Part shown: piece by piece, positions 45,014 through 48,963 of the stretch
Position numbering within the stretch: the first letter of the stretch is position 1
Layout of the letters: each line of letters starts with the position of its first letter
NCBI GenBank assembly: GCA_947305255.1
Contig: CAMZDE010000002.1
Location: forward strand, 1-48,963
Direction of reading: 5' to 3'
Length of the DNA stretch: 48,963 bases
DNA from: an uncultured Alphaproteobacteria bacterium
Lineage (GTDB): Bacteria > Pseudomonadota > Alphaproteobacteria > Rs-D84
Translations under genes and position numbers: made by a program
Notes under the pieces: generated by a model
The model's database searches: none
The model's input: the letters and a program-made list of their open reading frames with translations, nothing else
Told to the model about the DNA's origin: nothing

Positions 45014-46051
45014 TTAATCGGGGAACATTGACTCGTTCAAATCTTCCAAGTCAATTACCTTTGGTTCTGGCTCGGCAGGGACAGATTCTTGCGCTGGTTC
45101 AGTTTTTAATTGCTTGGCAAGTTCACCAACCGTTGATTTGCTGATGCCAGTTTCTGATTCTATATCCCTGTATGATTTGCCTTGGGACAGCAAATTGCCA
45201 ACCATTTCAAGTTTTTTTGCTTTTTCTGCTTCTCTTTTGGTTTGGTCGGCTGTGTCAGTTACTTTGAATTCCGACCAAGACACAAACCCTTTATCGCCAA
45301 CGGTTTCCAATTGAAAGCCGATAGGTTTAAGAATAGAACCTGCAACATTACGTGATTTTTGATACTTCATAACGAACTTTGCACCATCGGTTACATTGTA
45401 TGATACTGGTTTTTCCAATGATACCACGGCATCCATAATGTCTTGTTTTTTACTGGTTCCACGATTGCCGTGTTCGGGGTCTTTGCCCGAATGGTCAATC
45501 AGCAAAACAGATTTGCCACGACGTTTCAAGTCAATTAACCATCTTTGCATTGGTGTCCAACTTTCTGCTTCGTTTTCCCTGCCAAACGAACACAATGCAG
45601 AAAGGTTATCTATGATTATAAGTTCACAATCACCCAGCAGTGCGGTTATTTGTTCTTGGCCTTTTTCATAACCTATATTTGGCAACGGTTTTTCTGACAG
45701 GTCATTGGATAGAATTTTGAACCTATCAAACGTGTCGGGGTTGCACAAGTCCATTCCAAATCCCAAATTGGTTATTCTGTCTTGGAAATCTTTGCCTGTC
45801 ATTTCCCCGTCAATGTATAATACAGAACGGTTTTTTTTGACGGTGAAATTAAACACATTTTTTCCACTTGCGATGGCCATTCCTAATGTCATTGCAAAAT
45901 ATGTTTTTCCAATACCACGTTGGGCATACAATATGGTCAAGGATTTTTCCTGAATGAACGGATATGCAATCCATTCACGTTCTGGAATTTTCATTTCCAG
46001 CAGGTTACGCAGTGAAACCACTGAATATTGTGGGGTGTTATTGTCTGCCAT
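45014..46051 (-). CDS. AAA_25/RepA-like P-loop ATPase with a C-terminal HTH
   Basis: Walker A AQRGIGKT, Walker B LIIIDNLS, RecA/DnaB-like core, and a C-terminal SYRDIESETGISKSTVGELAK. Confidence 0.78.
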   Translation of the reverse strand: MADNNTPQYSVVSLRNLLEMKIPEREWIAYPFIQEKSLTILYAQRGIGKTYFAMTLGMAIASGKNVFNFTVKKNRSVLYIDGEMTGKDFQDRITNLGFGMDLCNPDTFDRFKILSNDLSEKPLPNIGYEKGQEQITALLGDCELIIIDNLSALCSFGRENEAESWTPMQRWLIDLKRRGKSVLLIDHSGKDPEHGNRGTSKKQDIMDAVVSLEKPVSYNVTDGAKFVMKYQKSRNVAGSILKPIGFQLETVGDKGFVSWSEFKVTDTADQTKREAEKAKKLEMVGNLLSQGKSYRDIESETGISKSTVGELAKQLKTEPAQESVPAEPEPKVIDLEDLNESMFPD

Positions 46052-46197
46052 TTTGCACCCCCTTTGTTACATACCACGTGTTGGATTGCGGGAAATACAA
46101 CTGAACAAGGCCAGAATTAACTTGTAAAATTGGCTGTTCCAGATTATAATCATACGTGAAGCAAGTGGTGCCATTCGTTAATGCGATGGCACCCCAT

Positions 46198-46425
46198 TTA
46201 TTGTTTATCATTGTTCACCCCCTTTGGTTGAGGATTTGATTCCAACCAATCGAAAAACTTGGGAACGTTGATTAACAGTTTGCGACCAAGGGTGCAGACA
46301 GCACCACTGGATACCAAACCATTCGTGTTTCTGAAAAACAGAAGATTACGCAATCCGCCCATTTTGAAAGCGGGATTATTTGCAACGAATTGTTGCGGTG
46401 TTTGAAGCATATTATTGTCAAACAT
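46198..46425 (-). CDS. Excisionase/AlpA-like small DNA-binding protein (tentative)
   Basis: 75 aa. The ...LGRKLLINVPKFFDWLES ending resembles the GR..f....l..WL tail of excisionase-type HTH proteins. Its position is typical for an island. Confidence 0.4.
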   Translation of the reverse strand: MFDNNMLQTPQQFVANNPAFKMGGLRNLLFFRNTNGLVSSGAVCTLGRKLLINVPKFFDWLESNPQPKGVNNDKQ

Positions 46426-46578
46426 ACTTTTACTCCTTATGTTAATTGTTTTTACAGATTTTCATAATCTGTTATTGAACATATAAGGAATAACAAGTTT
46501 GGTTACGATTCCAGACCGATTGTCTGATTTTGCTTTTGTAATCAGCAGAAATCAAGGATTGTTATAAAAAATGTGTTT

Positions 46579-47472
46579 TTACGAATTTTTCCAAAAATCA
46601 CGAATTCGTTTCAGATTATGTTTGTTATTGAAATATGTTATAAACGCATTTATTTGTCTGCGGGACAAACCAAAATCTTTATTCAGGTCAGATTTTATGT
46701 CAGCAGTTCTTGTGTATTGTTTGCCAGATATTTCAAGATGTTCTGCAACAAAATCAAATCCAATATTATCCCTGTTTGCCAATCCACACAAATGCTTGTT
46801 ATGGAATTGAAGCACAGATTTAAATGCGGAAGTGATTGCGAAGTTGTCGCATTTACAAGTGGTTTTTCTAATGCCAAGAATATACGGAACAAGAAAGAAT
46901 ATAACCGCTGTGAAAATTTCATCTGGATATGCACCAAATGCGCTGAAAAAACTTGGTCGCATAAACAGGGCTGTTTCAAATGGAATATAATGCGATGGTT
47001 TGTATGGGTCTTCGGTCTTTCTGGAACTCACGACACGTTGTGCATAAGTGTTAGGGCCAAATTTTATCTTTCTTCTCTCATAGTTTGCATTTTGATGGGC
47101 TCGGGCATTTGCCAAATGTTCGGCAGGGGCCTTTTGTTTGTAAAATTCAATAAAAGCACGTTCCAAATACCAAGGAAATAGATTAACGCATATATTTTGG
47201 TGCTCTTCACTGGGAATATATTTTTCAATTATTTCAAGACCTATTTTTATCAGTTTGTTCAATCTGATTAACTGTGTTTTGGTTATATTGGAATAATCAA
47301 AGTTTGGGAATAAATACCCACCAAGTTTGTTCAATATTTCGGCATAACTGCATTTTTTCCTGGGATACAAATAAGAAAATGTCGGCATCAAATGGGTTTT
47401 GACATTATATCCAACCTGATTTTGAAAATCACTTTTTCTTAATGGTAAAAACTTGAATGGAATGGTGTTCAT
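46579..47472 (-). CDS. Hypothetical island protein (297 aa)
   Basis: Long ORF whose start overlaps the integrase stop (ATGA). No recognised motif. Confidence 0.5.
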   Translation of the reverse strand: MNTIPFKFLPLRKSDFQNQVGYNVKTHLMPTFSYLYPRKKCSYAEILNKLGGYLFPNFDYSNITKTQLIRLNKLIKIGLEIIEKYIPSEEHQNICVNLFPWYLERAFIEFYKQKAPAEHLANARAHQNANYERRKIKFGPNTYAQRVVSSRKTEDPYKPSHYIPFETALFMRPSFFSAFGAYPDEIFTAVIFFLVPYILGIRKTTCKCDNFAITSAFKSVLQFHNKHLCGLANRDNIGFDFVAEHLEISGKQYTRTADIKSDLNKDFGLSRRQINAFITYFNNKHNLKRIRDFWKNS

Positions 47473-48545
47473 TGTTCTGTTTCCCCAAATATTTTGTTGG
47501 CCATTGTTTCCACAATGGTTTGTGAATGTTCATCGGATAGGTGTGCATACCTTTTTGTCATTTGCAAGGTCTTGTGGCCCAAAATAGCGGCAATTTCAGC
47601 CATTGAATAACCGTTCATAGCCAGATACGATGCACAGGTGTGTCGCAAATCGTGAAAATGGAAATTTTCAAGACCAGCATCTGCCATTGCTTTATACCAA
47701 CTGCGCTGGATATCAAATGGCTTGGTGCCATCGTGGCTTGGAAACACATAAACGTCATTTGGTCTGCGGCTGGCATATAATTTATGCAATTCTGCCAGTG
47801 CAGGCCCAGCCAATGGCATATAACGTCTTTCACCATTCTTGGTGTCTTGCAATATTGCACGTCCAGCATTCAAATCAACATCCTGCCATTTTAACGACAT
47901 TATTTCCATTCGTCTGGCCCCTGTGGTTATGCCAATTAACACAGCAGGGTGCAGATAAGGGTTGTTTGCTTTCTTGGTTTCAGCAAGCAAATTTTCACGT
48001 TCTGCATCAGTTAAATAACGCACGCGGCCACGTGGTTCAGATAATTTGGATATCTTGATTACAGGGTTGTTTTCTAACCATTCCAATTCACGCACTGCAT
48101 ATGACAGCATAACAGATAATGCAGCCATATAGCGGTTAATTGTTGCATTGCTTTTTTTCTTTTGCAATCTGGCATCTTTTGATTCTGCGATTTGATTGCG
48201 TGCTTGAATCAGCAAGGATGGTGTCAAACTGGATAAAGCATATTGTCCCAGCACGGATTTCCACATTCTGATATGTCTGATGGTGTCAACAGATGCTTTT
48301 TTAGGGTTGGCCTGCAAATGTTTTTCATACAGGTCAGCCAATTCAGCCACAGTGTGCTTTTGCGATTCTATAACTGAAAAATTCGCACCCTGCAACATTC
48401 TGGCTTCGGTCATCTTGGCCCAAGTTTCAGCAGCGGTCTTGGTTGGGAATGTTTTTGATACTTTGGGATAACCAAATACGCAAACCCTTGCACGATAACT
48501 GACTTTATTTGTTTTCTTTGATGGTCGTTTTTCTATTGTCGCCAT
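47469..48545 (-). CDS. Tyrosine site-specific integrase
   Basis: Start at MATIEKR, behind the RBS AAGGAAAG. Catalytic ARRMEI (R), HDLRHTCAS (HxxR) and LGHKTLQMTKRYAHL (Y). Adjacent to tRNA-Asn. Confidence 0.9.
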   Translation of the reverse strand: MATIEKRPSKKTNKVSYRARVCVFGYPKVSKTFPTKTAAETWAKMTEARMLQGANFSVIESQKHTVAELADLYEKHLQANPKKASVDTIRHIRMWKSVLGQYALSSLTPSLLIQARNQIAESKDARLQKKKSNATINRYMAALSVMLSYAVRELEWLENNPVIKISKLSEPRGRVRYLTDAERENLLAETKKANNPYLHPAVLIGITTGARRMEIMSLKWQDVDLNAGRAILQDTKNGERRYMPLAGPALAELHKLYASRRPNDVYVFPSHDGTKPFDIQRSWYKAMADAGLENFHFHDLRHTCASYLAMNGYSMAEIAAILGHKTLQMTKRYAHLSDEHSQTIVETMANKIFGETEQ

Positions 48546-48878
48546 TTTTTCTTTCCTTTGTGTTTGTCTGACTAACAGGGTCAAACAATGTCTTTCAATT
48601 CTGCTTCGCTTCGTCTTGTTTTTCTGACAATAAGAATCACAATCCGTCTGTCAATATAGTGCAACAACGCAGAATTTCAAGGGTTATTGTGTGTCCCATT
48701 TAATTCTTGGGACACTGGTGGGATTTGGAAAACAAAACTTGCCGCAAATCCGATGGTTTTGTGCGCTGGTTGAATGTGAATTATGTTGTGAATTTTTATA
48801 TTCGTTTATCTGGTGTGTCCCAAATGTGTCCCAAACACATAAATAAAAAAAGCGGGAATCTGCTGAATCCCGCTAAAT

Positions 48879-48926
48879 TCGTGGCTCGGGCAACTGGACT
48901 CGAACCAGTGACATACGGATTAACAG
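48879..48926 (-). repeat. att direct repeat (within the intact tRNA-Asn)
   Basis: 48/48 identity with 41807-41854. Confidence 0.85.
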
Positions 48927-48957
48927 TCCGTTGTTCTACCGACTGAACTATGCCCGA
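48882..48957 (-). tRNA. tRNA-Asn (anticodon GTT)
   Basis: Minus-strand cloverleaf: acceptor TCGGGCA/TGCCCGA, anticodon loop CTGTTAA, T-arm ACTGG-TTCGAGT-CCAGT, discriminator G, CCA. Terminator at 48848-48878. Confidence 0.9.
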
Positions 48958-48963
48958 ATAACG

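Larger units (their letters stand above)
41807..48926. mobile_element. Integrated genomic island (~7.1 kb) at tRNA-Asn
   Basis: 48-bp direct repeats of the tRNA-Asn 3' half. A tyrosine integrase lies next to the intact tRNA. Also carries an excisionase-like HTH, an AAA_25/RepA-like ATPase and two lipoprotein cargo genes. Confidence 0.8.

Overview
This is an AT-rich bacterial chromosome segment. Gene content and order suggest an alphaproteobacterium, but that is inference only.

Positions 1-26.4 kb are mostly core genes: rseP (partial), cdsA, uppS, frr, tRNA-Ala, tRNA-His, ligA, a class A PBP, a GNAT, an MprF-like membrane protein, RNase E/G, rfbB, a BepA-like M48 protease, recG and ackA. Interspersed among them are three paralogous small secreted proteins and four small orphan proteins.

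Positions 26.4-48.9 kb lie between tRNA-Lys and tRNA-Asn, are visibly more AT-rich and look mosaic. They hold a truncated phage-type repressor, two ASCH-domain genes, cysS, a radical-SAM cassette, a type II restriction-modification (R-M) pair, a module of S24 repressor, metallo-beta-lactamase (MBL) hydrolase and membrane protein, and a ~7 kb integrase island bounded by 48-bp direct repeats of the tRNA-Asn 3' half.

Three signals stand out:
1. An unannotated 37-aa peptide gene (29726-29839, minus strand; ...EEANFCTCTSDD) lies divergent from an operon of two radical-SAM enzymes (SPASM and twitch-like), a nucleotidyltransferase (NTase)-fold protein and a methyltransferase. This is a candidate new ribosomally synthesised, post-translationally modified peptide (RiPP) system.
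2. A ~180-nt structured leader is present in four copies. Helices covary between copies, and an intrinsic terminator competes with an antiterminator pairing. It looks like an unclassified riboswitch or attenuator controlling the secreted-protein family.
3. GC-rich modules downstream of tRNA-His and tRNA-Lys are each bracketed by the two halves of the local tRNA T-arm and share a common core.

No rRNA genes or CRISPR arrays were seen. All calls come from reading the sequence and ORF translations; no database search was run.
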